A DNA stretch of 64,000 bases from an uncultured Saprospiraceae bacterium (GTDB lineage: Bacteria; Bacteroidota; Bacteroidia; Chitinophagales; Saprospiraceae). Positions within the stretch are counted from its first letter, which is position 1. Each line of letters opens with the position of its first letter. Both the position numbers and the translations under genes were made by a program. Location of the stretch: assembly GCA_964567435.1 (NCBI GenBank), contig CAZMMQ010000007.1:31931-95930 (forward strand), read 5' to 3'. The notes below the pieces were generated by a model. That model worked only from the letters and a program-made list of their open reading frames with translations. It was not told the DNA's origin and made no database searches. Positions 20,101 to 27,850 of the stretch are shown one piece after another.

Positions 20101-22236
20101 TGTAGTTATTGAATTTGTAGCAAAATCAACAAGCATTGGTGGTGTCGGTTGATCAGCAAAGTCTGAAATTGCAGCAGAACATGGTAAGTGAGAATAAGTA
20201 ACCATCACATCACATCCACCTTCCCATACAATATCTTCTATAGCTTCCCACATCCATGTGTTCATATCATTATCCATCCATACACATGGATCAAAATCAT
20301 TGGTACATTGTGCATCTGGTAAGTTTAATGAAATATCTTCTGGATAGTGATCAGTAGGATCTCCTATCCAATCCAATGGCTGTATACCTCCACCTATATC
20401 TACAGTCCACTCTAGTCTATATACATCTCCATTACCACACTCATCAATCAAATTCCATTCTATAAATCCAACTTCTCCACAGAGATTAGGGTAAAATTCA
20501 TCCTGAACTGCAATATCTTGGATTGTCAATACTGAAAAGTCAGTACAGTTATCGGTTATGGCATTAATATTAATTTGGACCATAGCTGTGAAGTCATCTA
20601 TTGTCTCTATCTCATTAGGACAAAATGTACCTACATTCGTTCCATTTCCAGGGAATAAATCTGCTAATATTGGAGCCTGAGTATCATCTACATCTAGAGT
20701 CAACTGGTCAGTATTACTTAAGTTACCACAAGGATCTTCGTACTCTATACTAAAAGTAATTTCAAAGCAAGTATTCGTTCCAGGATCTAAATCATCCGCG
20801 GTGATACTTCCTGGATCTGGCGTGATTGTAAAATCACCAATACTTAACCCAGATAAATCTGTACAATCATCTGTCACAATTCCACCACCCGTAAGTATCG
20901 CATCTACCTCTGATTGAATAGCAGCCAAATTGCTACATTCTGGAGTAACACTTTGAGCGGCGCCCGACAAGTCTAATACAGGGGGTGTATTATCTACTAC
21001 CTCTACTTGACCAGTCCATGAGAATATATTACCACATAGATCCTCAATCTCAAAATCTATATCGTATGTATCAGCTACGCAGGTCGAGAAATCTAATGGT
21101 GTAGGATCGCCACCTACCAAGCTGATCACAAGGTCACCTGGTGCAGTACAAAGATCACTAAAATAATTAGCACCTCCACCGTTATTGAGTATATCTGTGA
21201 TGTACGCTTGGATATCGGCATCAGTGGTTACATTATCACAGGTAAATACCATCAAGCCTGGTGCGGCATTGTCGAAAGGATCTTGTGTATCTAAAATCTC
21301 ATAAGTAAAATCCTCATCAATGGTATTACCACAAGCATCCTCAGCAGTCGCCGTAATGGTGATAAGATTATTATCCACACAATCAGTAAAATCTATGGAT
21401 GGTAGAGGTGTTGCTGTAATTATTAGAGACGCCACATCAGTACAATCATCCATGAAGATGGAATTCTCATTTGGATCCAAATTATCTAAGATATCATCAT
21501 ACCATGTCTGTAACATAGACATAGACTGACCCATGTCACACTCATTACTGGTTGTACTAGGATCACTATCTACAAATGGATCTTCGGTATCTTCTACTTC
21601 GTAATCGAAGTCAAACGAAACCGAGTTGCCACATTCATCTTCAACATCAAAGGTTACTGTATACACTTGATTACCACATACAGTAAAGTCCACTACTGGT
21701 GGGTTAACTGCGGTGATGGTTAGTGCCGTTGGGTCAGCACAGTTATCATCGAAGACAAAATTACCGTTGAGAGAATTGGCTTCTATATCTGCGATCCAAT
21801 CATCAATATCGGCTTGCAGATTCATTGTACACTGCTCGCCAGATACATTGGCATCTTCTAAGGAACTGTCATCGTTGTGATCAAATGGATCCGTTGTATC
21901 ATCTGTATCTAGAAATACAGTGATCGTCACTATACTTCCATCGCAGTCCAAATCGACTTCCACCTCTACAACATCTGTCCCATTACAATCATAAGGGGGT
22001 GAAGTAACAATGTTATTAATCTGGTCATAGGTAATATTCCCATTACAGTCTCCAGTAGCTGAGGTCCATGAACTAGCTTGCAAAATAACCTCTATAGCAT
22101 CCATGAAGTCATCCGCATCGAGGTTATTACACTCCACGGTACCAACAGTAGTATTATCCTGGTCTATAGTCTGGGCGGTAAGAAAATTAGAAGTTAAAAG
22201 AAAGATTGTAAGCGGTAAAAATAGCTTTTTGATCAT
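14113..22236 (-). CDS. Giant secreted modular protein A (2707 aa) with T9SS type B (CHU_C/gliding-motility-associated) C-terminal domain
   Basis: Signal peptide MIKKLFLPLTIFLLTSNFLTAQ. Five HYR-like modules end in ..D.CGN...[VL].D[TN]..P. The Cys-rich centre includes a PPC-like module (NMSWFAF...GVQLGIYDSC...TYYMFVDGCNGDDC). FN3-like modules are present (ITWEPIPGATGYTV, AGWDQVAGATSYSV). There is one SprB-like repeat (ATGGTEPYTYEWL...LVRDANGCTD). CTD: RWYIPNV...IYDRWGELVY...QGVYVYVI...GDITVFR. Confidence 0.85.
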   Translation of the reverse strand: MIKKLFLPLTIFLLTSNFLTAQTIDQDNTTVGTVECNNLDADDFMDAIEVILQASSWTSATGDCNGNITYDQINNIVTSPPYDCNGTDVVEVEVDLDCDGSIVTITVFLDTDDTTDPFDHNDDSSLEDANVSGEQCTMNLQADIDDWIADIEANSLNGNFVFDDNCADPTALTITAVNPPVVDFTVCGNQVYTVTFDVEDECGNSVSFDFDYEVEDTEDPFVDSDPSTTSNECDMGQSMSMLQTWYDDILDNLDPNENSIFMDDCTDVASLIITATPLPSIDFTDCVDNNLITITATAEDACGNTIDEDFTYEILDTQDPFDNAAPGLMVFTCDNVTTDADIQAYITDILNNGGGANYFSDLCTAPGDLVISLVGGDPTPLDFSTCVADTYDIDFEIEDLCGNIFSWTGQVEVVDNTPPVLDLSGAAQSVTPECSNLAAIQSEVDAILTGGGIVTDDCTDLSGLSIGDFTITPDPGSITADDLDPGTNTCFEITFSIEYEDPCGNLSNTDQLTLDVDDTQAPILADLFPGNGTNVGTFCPNEIETIDDFTAMVQININAITDNCTDFSVLTIQDIAVQDEFYPNLCGEVGFIEWNLIDECGNGDVYRLEWTVDIGGGIQPLDWIGDPTDHYPEDISLNLPDAQCTNDFDPCVWMDNDMNTWMWEAIEDIVWEGGCDVMVTYSHLPCSAAISDFADQPTPPMLVDFATNSITTTQVCITITDMCDPSGNLEHCFDFTLQCGSCGDVGSIFCETCEDADPVFPNGCRLCDPVELQEGYTSCNPECEFINPGCAPINDGSQPTPLCGDGGNVPHNMSWFAFVASAEELEIIVDLDMCSTGQGVQLGIYDSCEFDDCVVWTGGCTTTQQNLSSGNFVPGQTYYMFVDGCNGDDCLYTVTVEGLDFLGLPEIDAITAFSPCRDEMLTDNFDDPSLPSPTGNCELTSSVTVCPGEEIQFGVIHQGNPVSSIPELQDECGQYAESLNTIFRWSTTWMGDIEWNPLIDGGGFIPPLEAPDTEGLHQICLEEIVFECDPKPGPVCLDVHVVNILPETYQFDVCIETLDPAENPAGFDPADSDQDPNMDGLEWLGDAVFLADVDSWPLNADGYNCNLFTFLDPDCDCEVPQELCIRPVGNRVKTDVQAFMWRCQFMECEINDPLDCDDQVYEWEWDWRQDNVIRDLEAPDSLNAAICLRIEGYSDEMDTWRPGRDQYCDTLPNIAITVGTVPIITEDLGCGAYTAGIDFDLLDDEYEEWGEIFQSSQVVEFIDCNTGENISPGNTTGTIQLSQPRDVCVRITFDFVDGAWWDSEEGEGTYGPFHDEERIDQCTTTYGPFAWGVAMPPPPIVAGDDTFCATDLEDHRFMVTNAAPDTDYIWNNNPIIPGVVVTDVSANGDGTVVDITFPSGYDPDDCVSVVADAVCGLSDPAFVCVNLTDPPTVAVDPISDICIIGAPDANAMTSVTVTATANPPSPNYEYTFVNGTNSIKTFDNFTTYDFPGAGMQQVIVSIEDTLSGCSSRVSLPANFMVIEPLEAPKVTCGNQGQNDLEITWEPIPGATGYTVFEDGAAVMDYDDSVTSHTTTGLALGTTVTYTVTALGGMPCFNSEPSTAVPCTTSNCPPASVTQEIQGTDFCQNDTPGVLTLADGFPFSEPNGMLSFESTPAGFVDPVTGEFDTDGLAPGTYDIQVTYTFDPQCPERVFNLSYEVLQVPDPSFEFETPVCVNDVSLLLDAPEGSVSWNYDVNDIATDDPVANADGDIRFTEPGSYLIEAISNVAGCEDMTTFMVDVIPELEAPNPNCIDQGLDFITAGWDQVAGATSYSVAVTINGTAIPGSPFAYDASDVLEYENNTLNEGDEVIVTVTAINDNFASGSCNASNSVTCMASNCLTFAGVTFESCDETPGMIIFAWEAITNIDSFELVNVTDPANPIFIERTDQLSFTVNNLGPMEDYILSVQPIHPQDGCTLPAETRLCTAPCPGVPNMSPINCVDSSLDFVTFEWTEVSDISGYEVIITINGNTADPDTINDPSVTTITIDNLSQDDEVDITITALNIDVDCGNGMSEEQDCIATSCIVPQFDVPQQEACWEAGAAPIQLEVGEVLDATGAILPGTITWLDSRVDANGLFTPDDEEVSALYEIDFEWADASFPLECVFSETVEIQVNIRPTAAINDIDDICQGDIITVSGPAIVDPQVTSMLDYDGGTVVGGDFPDGVVVRYDDDGMKTISLTQQSASDCVSDPVEVSFNVGLSQTLMVSCGSVTISSVTFIWNELEGAEGYEISIPGRTTETTQETTFVADNLTSQDPVTIVVTPINIVGPELCLTSPSATVVCTPSDCPELIPSSLTLQDFCEGDVSDFTLPGSEIFQGTPPAGSNLEEAWMSSSTAVNPSNGNVAVADLSSGVIDITYSATYTTVTGDDCVYTTMYDFEVFERPRILGITANPADCIFDVAPTITIEATGGTEPYTYEWLDNPPSQADPVYTIPGPGIYDMLVRDANGCTDMLSIPVEAAPVGEVNIVGDETLMVDENGTFTFELGGISAEPTDVIWFIDGVPVVVNSEEQSIIDIVANLEELGREFTLGVQVFFADNCFLTDDRDITIIDFERWYIPNVISAQADAENARWTMFTQGSVTVRDVAIYDRWGELVYIKELDPLVDVMDDSDTDATGQVWDLGFTGRWGNDAAGNVEQGVYVYVINLVIDEGGPLERPEIEAGDITVFR
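20400..21850 (-). repeat. Five tandem ~100-aa HYR-like modules in protein A
   Basis: Module ends recur: VTFDVEDECGNSVSFDFDYEVEDTEDPF / ITATAEDACGNTIDEDFTYEILDTQDPF / DFEIEDLCGNIFSWTGQVEVVDNTPPVL / SIEYEDPCGNLSNTDQLTLDVDDTQAPIL / NLIDECGNGDVYRLEWTV. Boundaries are approximate. Confidence 0.6.
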
Positions 22237-22394
22237 AACTGATGTTTGTCTCTTAATAACAATAGTTCTGTGGTTCGAATCTGCTTTGGACGCTACTATA
22301 ATACTATAGTTTGCGGACTATCAAGAACAAACAACCACTTACTGTCTGACAAAAGCCATCAGTTGTAATGAAAAAGGGTGGACTGTCAATTTTT

Positions 22395-22424
22395 CGATAG
22401 ACAACAGTCATTAGTTGTCTATCG
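22395..22424. other. Perfect 11-bp inverted repeat (stem-loop) between giant genes B and A
   Basis: CGATAGACAAC-AGTCATTA-GTTGTCTATCG. No T-tract follows on either strand. Confidence 0.5.
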
Positions 22425-22450
22425 GCTAGGTTCTAAAAATAAGTCACATA

Positions 22451-25400
22451 CTACCTAAATATAGTAACGCTTCCAAATCTGATCTCAGGCTCTCCTTCGA
22501 TCAGGAGTTCTATCACATAAGTATAGACACCCTGTTCGGCTGGTTCGCTGCCAAAGAATCCGTCCCAAATTAAGAATTCGTTAAAATATTCCAGTGTATT
22601 ATTCTCAAAATCTCTCACTTTATTGCCCCATCTGTCAAAAACTTGCACAGATGAGATAAATGTTTCTGCACCTTTAACAAATGCGGTCCATTCGTTATCA
22701 GGGGGTAATGCTGTCCCTGTAAAATCTACCACATTAGGAATATATACATCATTTACAAAGTTGATATCCAAGGATTTAGAGGCTGTAAGCTCACAAAACC
22801 CATCCAATTCTAGTATCACTCGTAACTCGCCTGTATCGACCACATTCTCCAGTAAAATAGGGTCACAAAGCAGGCCTTCGCATATATTATTATCATTGTA
22901 AGTCCAGATAATATTTGTGACCCTATCTGGGTCTATATCTTCTAATTCGAGGAAATATTCCTCATCTGAACCTTCAACGACAACGCTTTCACCTTCGATA
23001 TCTACGGTAGGATCCAGGTCAGAATCCATTACTTCATCCAATACAGAGACCAAACAGCCATTGCCATCACTCACTTCTACAAAGAATGAACCGACATCTA
23101 CACCTTCGAATATATTATCTGGCTGGACTTCTCCACCATTCAATGAAAATCCGAAATCTGGTGTTCCTCCTAGCACAGAGACAATTACCGTGCCTGAGAC
23201 ATCCTCTCCACATTGTGTACTCAGGGTTTCCAATGTTACTTCTGGTGATGAAGTTAGTTCTACATTGACAGGTACGACTGTCACGCAACCCCCTTCTACA
23301 AAGGTATACTCCATCTCAAATATATCTGGCTCTGTAGCGAAGCTAATATCTACTAGTCTATTAATATCGATAAGCGGTCCTGTCCAGTTACCCTCTCCGC
23401 CTGCAATTTCTCCTGTTGTCTGTACATCCACATCTAAGGCAAAAGGCGCAAGATCAGCTCCAAAACAAGTATCTACAGGAAATACAGTGATCGTAGGTAC
23501 CGGGCAAGCCTCGGTCGTACATCTACCTCTGGCAACCTCTCCATTACATCTGGCATTACTAATAGGTTCTACGATCCATTCGAACTCTTGTTCTCCTTCC
23601 AAGCCAATAACTGTGGTAGAAGTGCCCGTCACATTCTGTACAAATTCACCATCTATAAATATCTTGTAAGTAGAGACATTATTCATAGGTAGCCAAGATA
23701 ATTCTAGACCTCCAAAGGTTCCTTGACATGACACCTCGGGCATACCTAGATTTGGCTCCACGGTGACTTCTACAAATTCTACTGTTCCAAGACATCCATC
23801 CTCTTCTACAGCAATCCCTAACTGATAGGTGCCCTCCTGGGTAAATGTGATTTCGTATGGTCCTGCATCAGAACCACTCTGCACAACTGCTTCTGACGGA
23901 AAGTCTGTGGTGTAAATCACAGAGCCTCCTTGAGACATATAGTTACTTATAATCTCTATACTCTCTCCACTCATACAGATAGAATCATTGCTTAGAATCT
24001 CTATCTCTGGACGAGGACTTTCCATATAAGTAAACGATAGAGTAAAGACATCCACACAATTATTATCATCCGTGTAATTTATATCTAAGTCATATTGGGT
24101 GACATTAGGCTCTGGAGTAAACATATTATTCGCATCTACAAGTGGTGTATCCCACTCAAAGCGCCCATTGGCGTTAGGATCCATAGAACTAATACTCACA
24201 TCTAGTAAAAAAGGACCAGTTCTACTATCGTGACAAATCACAGAAGGCACAGCAGAAAAATCCATGTCTACAGGCGGACAGATGAAAGTTCGGCATGTGA
24301 CCATATCTCTGACGAGGCCACAATCTGGAATAAGCGTTTCTATCACAATATCATAGGTCAATCCCATTTGTAAATTACCTATCGTCGTCTCAGTCATATT
24401 TGCAGATGCTTGTGGCAAGCCATCAAGAAAGACCTGATAATCATCAGCGCCTATGTCATCCCACAATACGGTGACTGAGGTATCTTCTTCGTTTCCACAT
24501 ACCAGATTGAGCTCAGGCATTGCCATCACATAGATTTCCTGATTAACGGTTACGCCTTCACATCCGAAGTAGTCTACTCTTAAGCCAACATCATAGGTTC
24601 CTGGACCATCAAATGTCAGGGTATATTGTCCAGGTGAGATTTCTGTACCATTAACTCCGGCAGGAAATTCTGATACATAGGCTATCTCGCCAGGTACCAA
24701 GCCTGCGAAGTCACCAACCAAAGTCACCTCTGCCATATCACCACATAAGGTGTCCGCACCGATGAGCGAAAGAGCAACTTCTGGTGTCTGCACAAAAGTG
24801 AAGTCGACGGTGATAGTTTCTACACAGCCATCATCATCTGAGTATATGCCGTCTATCGAGTAATTGACTTGTAATGGGTCTACTGGTGTAAATTCTCCGC
24901 TGGCATTCACGAAAGGTGAATCCCATTCAAACCTACCATCAGCACCTCCAACTCCTGGCTGGACTGTAACATCTAGTGGGAAACCACCCATAGAAGCGAC
25001 ATCCCAACAAATTGGGTCCTGAGGAATATTACTGACAACGTCAGGGTCAATACAGGCAAAGGTCACACAAGAGATAGTATCGGCGATGATACCACAATTG
25101 GGATCATTTCCAGAGATGATAAATTCGAATGTTGTATTAGCTAGTAAACCCGTGACTTCAAGCATCTGATTAGAAATACTGTTAGCGATTTCAAGACCAT
25201 CCTGACTGATAGCGACAGGTACGCCAATATCATTCCAAGCCAGAGTTACTGAATCTTCACCTTGACTGGCGCATCGTGCATCCAACATTGGTGTCTCTTC
25301 GACAGTGATGGTTACTTCTTCTCTCGGTCCTTCGCAGCCCTCTAAGCTCGCTACCATACCGATAGTATAATCTCCAGCAGCTGCAAAACCTATGTCAAAA

Positions 25401-27544
25401 ATTCTTCCTGTAGCATTAATTAATGTAGCACCTGGCGGTAATGGATCATCTAGCTGAATAACTACATTGCCGTCTATGTTATTACTTTGTAGTGACACTT
25501 GACCATTCTGCAGACAAACTGAATTTAGATTGGCTTCCAAAAATGGCCTAGGCCGAAACAACACTGACACAGGTACATCTATACGTTGGGAGCAACCATT
25601 ATCCTCACCATATACTGCAGTCAGTACATAATCTCTTATGCTATTATCGTTTGGCGTAAAATTATTGAACTCATCTACCAGTGGTGTATCCCAAGTAAAG
25701 TTCCCCATGACGCCTGGTGCACCTGGTTCTATATTAACATTAATTGGGATTGGCAATCCTGCCTCTGGATCATAGCAAATTGGATCCGTAGGCACATTAC
25801 TGAGATCAACCAATGGCGGTACGCAAGATGTTGTCCGACAGACTATCGTATCGCTAATAGATCCGCAAGTCAAGGTCTCAATATTTATTATAACTTCATA
25901 GCCGGTGTCAAGACTAAGGCCATCAATTCTCAGCGAATTATTAAGTGTAGTCACTGGATTATTTCCATTAAGGGTAACCACAGCTTCAAGTCCTAAATCA
26001 TTCCATTCTAAATTAATGGCTTCTGTTTCTTCATTACCGCATTGCAGGTCTATCTCTGGCCTTGCTGTGGTAGTCACAAATACGGATTCTATCTGAGGTT
26101 CGCAATCAGGGATGTTGTCGTAAGCTACAACGAGCTCATAGGTCTGATCCAGATTACCAAAAGTGACTCTTCGAGTGCTGTCTGTCAGCGTTTCTATTTC
26201 CAAACCACCTACAACGGTTCGGGAAAATACATTCGGTGCAGGCAGGTCTTCATATCTTGAAAAGGTAAGTATAACTTCATCATCCGCACAGATATCTGTT
26301 TTATCTACTCTCGCATTAGGAAGTGCACGTTCCATAACTGTGAAGAAGATAGCATCCATAGTCGTACAGTTATCATCAGGATTGGTATAGGTATATTGGA
26401 TTGGACAACTACCAATAGGTAATCCTGTAGGATCCCAAGTTGCAGATGTACCATCTGGGGATACAGTAAACCCTTCTTTTACTTGAGTCTGTGATGAAGT
26501 TGGCCCCCACTGTCCTGTAGCAGGATTGGCTTCCCCATTGACTACTGCTATCAATTCTACAGTAACAGGTACGTCTCCAAGACAATGTGTTGTTTTATCA
26601 GGATTGTGTTGAAAGCTAAACTCTGGCCTTGGACTAGGTCTGCATAGTGATGTTTCAGAGACCATATCACAGGGTGCTGGATTAGTCCCGAATACCTCTA
26701 CCGAAAATATGGCAAATTGACACGGATCGAAAGTGCCATTTGGCCTAAGAAATCCTGTAACAGTCATCTGCGTAGGACCAGTCATCGTACCAGTGAGGTT
26801 GCTTTCGAATTGACTTGTATTTATATCATAAATAAATGCTGGGTCCTCAATCCAATCCAAAACGACATGATCAGGCATACTTGTACACTGAATAGTCGGC
26901 TGAGGTGGTGCATCATAGATCATGACTTCGTAGTCCTGAGTATGCTGACATCCATCCTGGTCTGTGGCGATAATTGTGTAGGTTTGTCTTCCTTGACTAT
27001 TAAATCTGATAGTGAAAGGCTCCTCGTTTGTTGGCTCACCTGACACTACTTCCCCACCATTAAAGTCCCAATCATAACTCGCAATTCGAGAACTAAAAAA
27101 TGGGGAAATCCTAATGGCACCACCTGTACAGAATGTATCCAAAGGCTCTTCTGGTATTGTCAGTGGGGCACCCAAGTCTATAAATGGACGTTCTATAACG
27201 TCACCACATGAATTAGATGCTGTAATAGTAATAATTTCAAATAAGGGATTGAGTGCTGAAATATCTGCAATAAACACAGTATCTCCATTTGCAGAAAACG
27301 TGGTTTCGTTCTCAATACTTGCAGGTATAGCCCAAGTATAATCGACACCAGGTTCTCTATCTATCAGAAAGAGTACCACATCCGTTTGCTCATCAGCACA
27401 TAGAAATGGATCGAAATTAACTCTAGGAGGCCTAGGTGGATCTACCATTTCCGCACTATGAGCACTCATAATATGATCACCTGCAGTTAAACTTTGAGTA
27501 CAAAGTGCAGTGATTACAATGCAAAGAAGAATTATTAGTCTCAT
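22451..27544 (-). CDS. Giant secreted modular protein B (1697 aa) with T9SS type B C-terminal domain
   Basis: Signal peptide MRLIILLCIVITALCTQSLTAG. About 3.5 copies of a ~255-aa tri-module super-repeat. SprB-like repeat VLGGTPDFGFSLNGG...VEVSDGNGC. CTD: VYIPNVVDF...VFDRWGNKV...WDGFFGSEPAEQGVYTYVI...GSVTIFR. Confidence 0.85.
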   Translation of the reverse strand: MRLIILLCIVITALCTQSLTAGDHIMSAHSAEMVDPPRPPRVNFDPFLCADEQTDVVLFLIDREPGVDYTWAIPASIENETTFSANGDTVFIADISALNPLFEIITITASNSCGDVIERPFIDLGAPLTIPEEPLDTFCTGGAIRISPFFSSRIASYDWDFNGGEVVSGEPTNEEPFTIRFNSQGRQTYTIIATDQDGCQHTQDYEVMIYDAPPQPTIQCTSMPDHVVLDWIEDPAFIYDINTSQFESNLTGTMTGPTQMTVTGFLRPNGTFDPCQFAIFSVEVFGTNPAPCDMVSETSLCRPSPRPEFSFQHNPDKTTHCLGDVPVTVELIAVVNGEANPATGQWGPTSSQTQVKEGFTVSPDGTSATWDPTGLPIGSCPIQYTYTNPDDNCTTMDAIFFTVMERALPNARVDKTDICADDEVILTFSRYEDLPAPNVFSRTVVGGLEIETLTDSTRRVTFGNLDQTYELVVAYDNIPDCEPQIESVFVTTTARPEIDLQCGNEETEAINLEWNDLGLEAVVTLNGNNPVTTLNNSLRIDGLSLDTGYEVIINIETLTCGSISDTIVCRTTSCVPPLVDLSNVPTDPICYDPEAGLPIPINVNIEPGAPGVMGNFTWDTPLVDEFNNFTPNDNSIRDYVLTAVYGEDNGCSQRIDVPVSVLFRPRPFLEANLNSVCLQNGQVSLQSNNIDGNVVIQLDDPLPPGATLINATGRIFDIGFAAAGDYTIGMVASLEGCEGPREEVTITVEETPMLDARCASQGEDSVTLAWNDIGVPVAISQDGLEIANSISNQMLEVTGLLANTTFEFIISGNDPNCGIIADTISCVTFACIDPDVVSNIPQDPICWDVASMGGFPLDVTVQPGVGGADGRFEWDSPFVNASGEFTPVDPLQVNYSIDGIYSDDDGCVETITVDFTFVQTPEVALSLIGADTLCGDMAEVTLVGDFAGLVPGEIAYVSEFPAGVNGTEISPGQYTLTFDGPGTYDVGLRVDYFGCEGVTVNQEIYVMAMPELNLVCGNEEDTSVTVLWDDIGADDYQVFLDGLPQASANMTETTIGNLQMGLTYDIVIETLIPDCGLVRDMVTCRTFICPPVDMDFSAVPSVICHDSRTGPFLLDVSISSMDPNANGRFEWDTPLVDANNMFTPEPNVTQYDLDINYTDDNNCVDVFTLSFTYMESPRPEIEILSNDSICMSGESIEIISNYMSQGGSVIYTTDFPSEAVVQSGSDAGPYEITFTQEGTYQLGIAVEEDGCLGTVEFVEVTVEPNLGMPEVSCQGTFGGLELSWLPMNNVSTYKIFIDGEFVQNVTGTSTTVIGLEGEQEFEWIVEPISNARCNGEVARGRCTTEACPVPTITVFPVDTCFGADLAPFALDVDVQTTGEIAGGEGNWTGPLIDINRLVDISFATEPDIFEMEYTFVEGGCVTVVPVNVELTSSPEVTLETLSTQCGEDVSGTVIVSVLGGTPDFGFSLNGGEVQPDNIFEGVDVGSFFVEVSDGNGCLVSVLDEVMDSDLDPTVDIEGESVVVEGSDEEYFLELEDIDPDRVTNIIWTYNDNNICEGLLCDPILLENVVDTGELRVILELDGFCELTASKSLDINFVNDVYIPNVVDFTGTALPPDNEWTAFVKGAETFISSVQVFDRWGNKVRDFENNTLEYFNEFLIWDGFFGSEPAEQGVYTYVIELLIEGEPEIRFGSVTIFR
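23240..26060 (-). repeat. ~3.5 copies of a ~765-775 bp (about 255 aa) tri-module super-repeat in protein B
   Basis: FN3-like module starts recur at about 26055, 25290, 24520 and 23745: LQCGNEETEAINLEWNDLG / ARCASQGEDSVTLAWNDIG / LVCGNEEDTSVTVLWDDIG / VSCQGTFGGLELSWLPM. Each is followed by a ..P.DPIC.D...GNFTWDTPLVD/GRFEWDSPFVN/GRFEWDTPLVD.. module and then a ..GCEG/GCLG.. module. Confidence 0.7.
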
Positions 27545-27850
27545 CGATATAATATATACTGTGACACGATATACTGTTGCAACCTGTTAAGATTATCAGT
27601 ATTGGTGTCGGTTGTAATTAAATCCAAAGAATTAGGCTTACAATCAGGCCTAAAATCTCTTAATTATGCTCTTAAATTTTTTTTGGGTGTTTCTGACTTA
27701 GGAATGGTTAGTCATTGTATGCCATTTTTACATGATTGTAAAGTCGACTTGTTGACAAACCAGTATATAATCAGAAAATACTCTAACCTAAAATCAAGGT
27801 AGGTCAGATGATAGATATGACAAATGTTTTACAAAAATACAACCAATTTA

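Noticed and set aside
22272-22281. tRNA-like T-loop string GGTTCGAATC in the spacer upstream of gene A. It could be a tRNA or an attachment-site remnant.
   Set aside because: The flanking bases do not form a T-stem (TGTGG versus CTGCT), and no acceptor or anticodon arms can be drawn. I take it as a chance match.
22917-23669. Long antisense ORFs inside the giant genes. Examples: 250 aa at 22917-23669, 137 aa at 14393-14806, 136 aa at 25586-25996, 119 aa at 19739-20098, 102 aa at 29058-29366 and 35015-35323.
   Set aside because: They lie wholly within much longer, motif-supported minus-strand ORFs. Their translations are low-complexity S/T/P/V-rich strings, as expected from the reverse complement of Asp/Glu/Thr/Gly-rich coding sequence. 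They are shadow ORFs.
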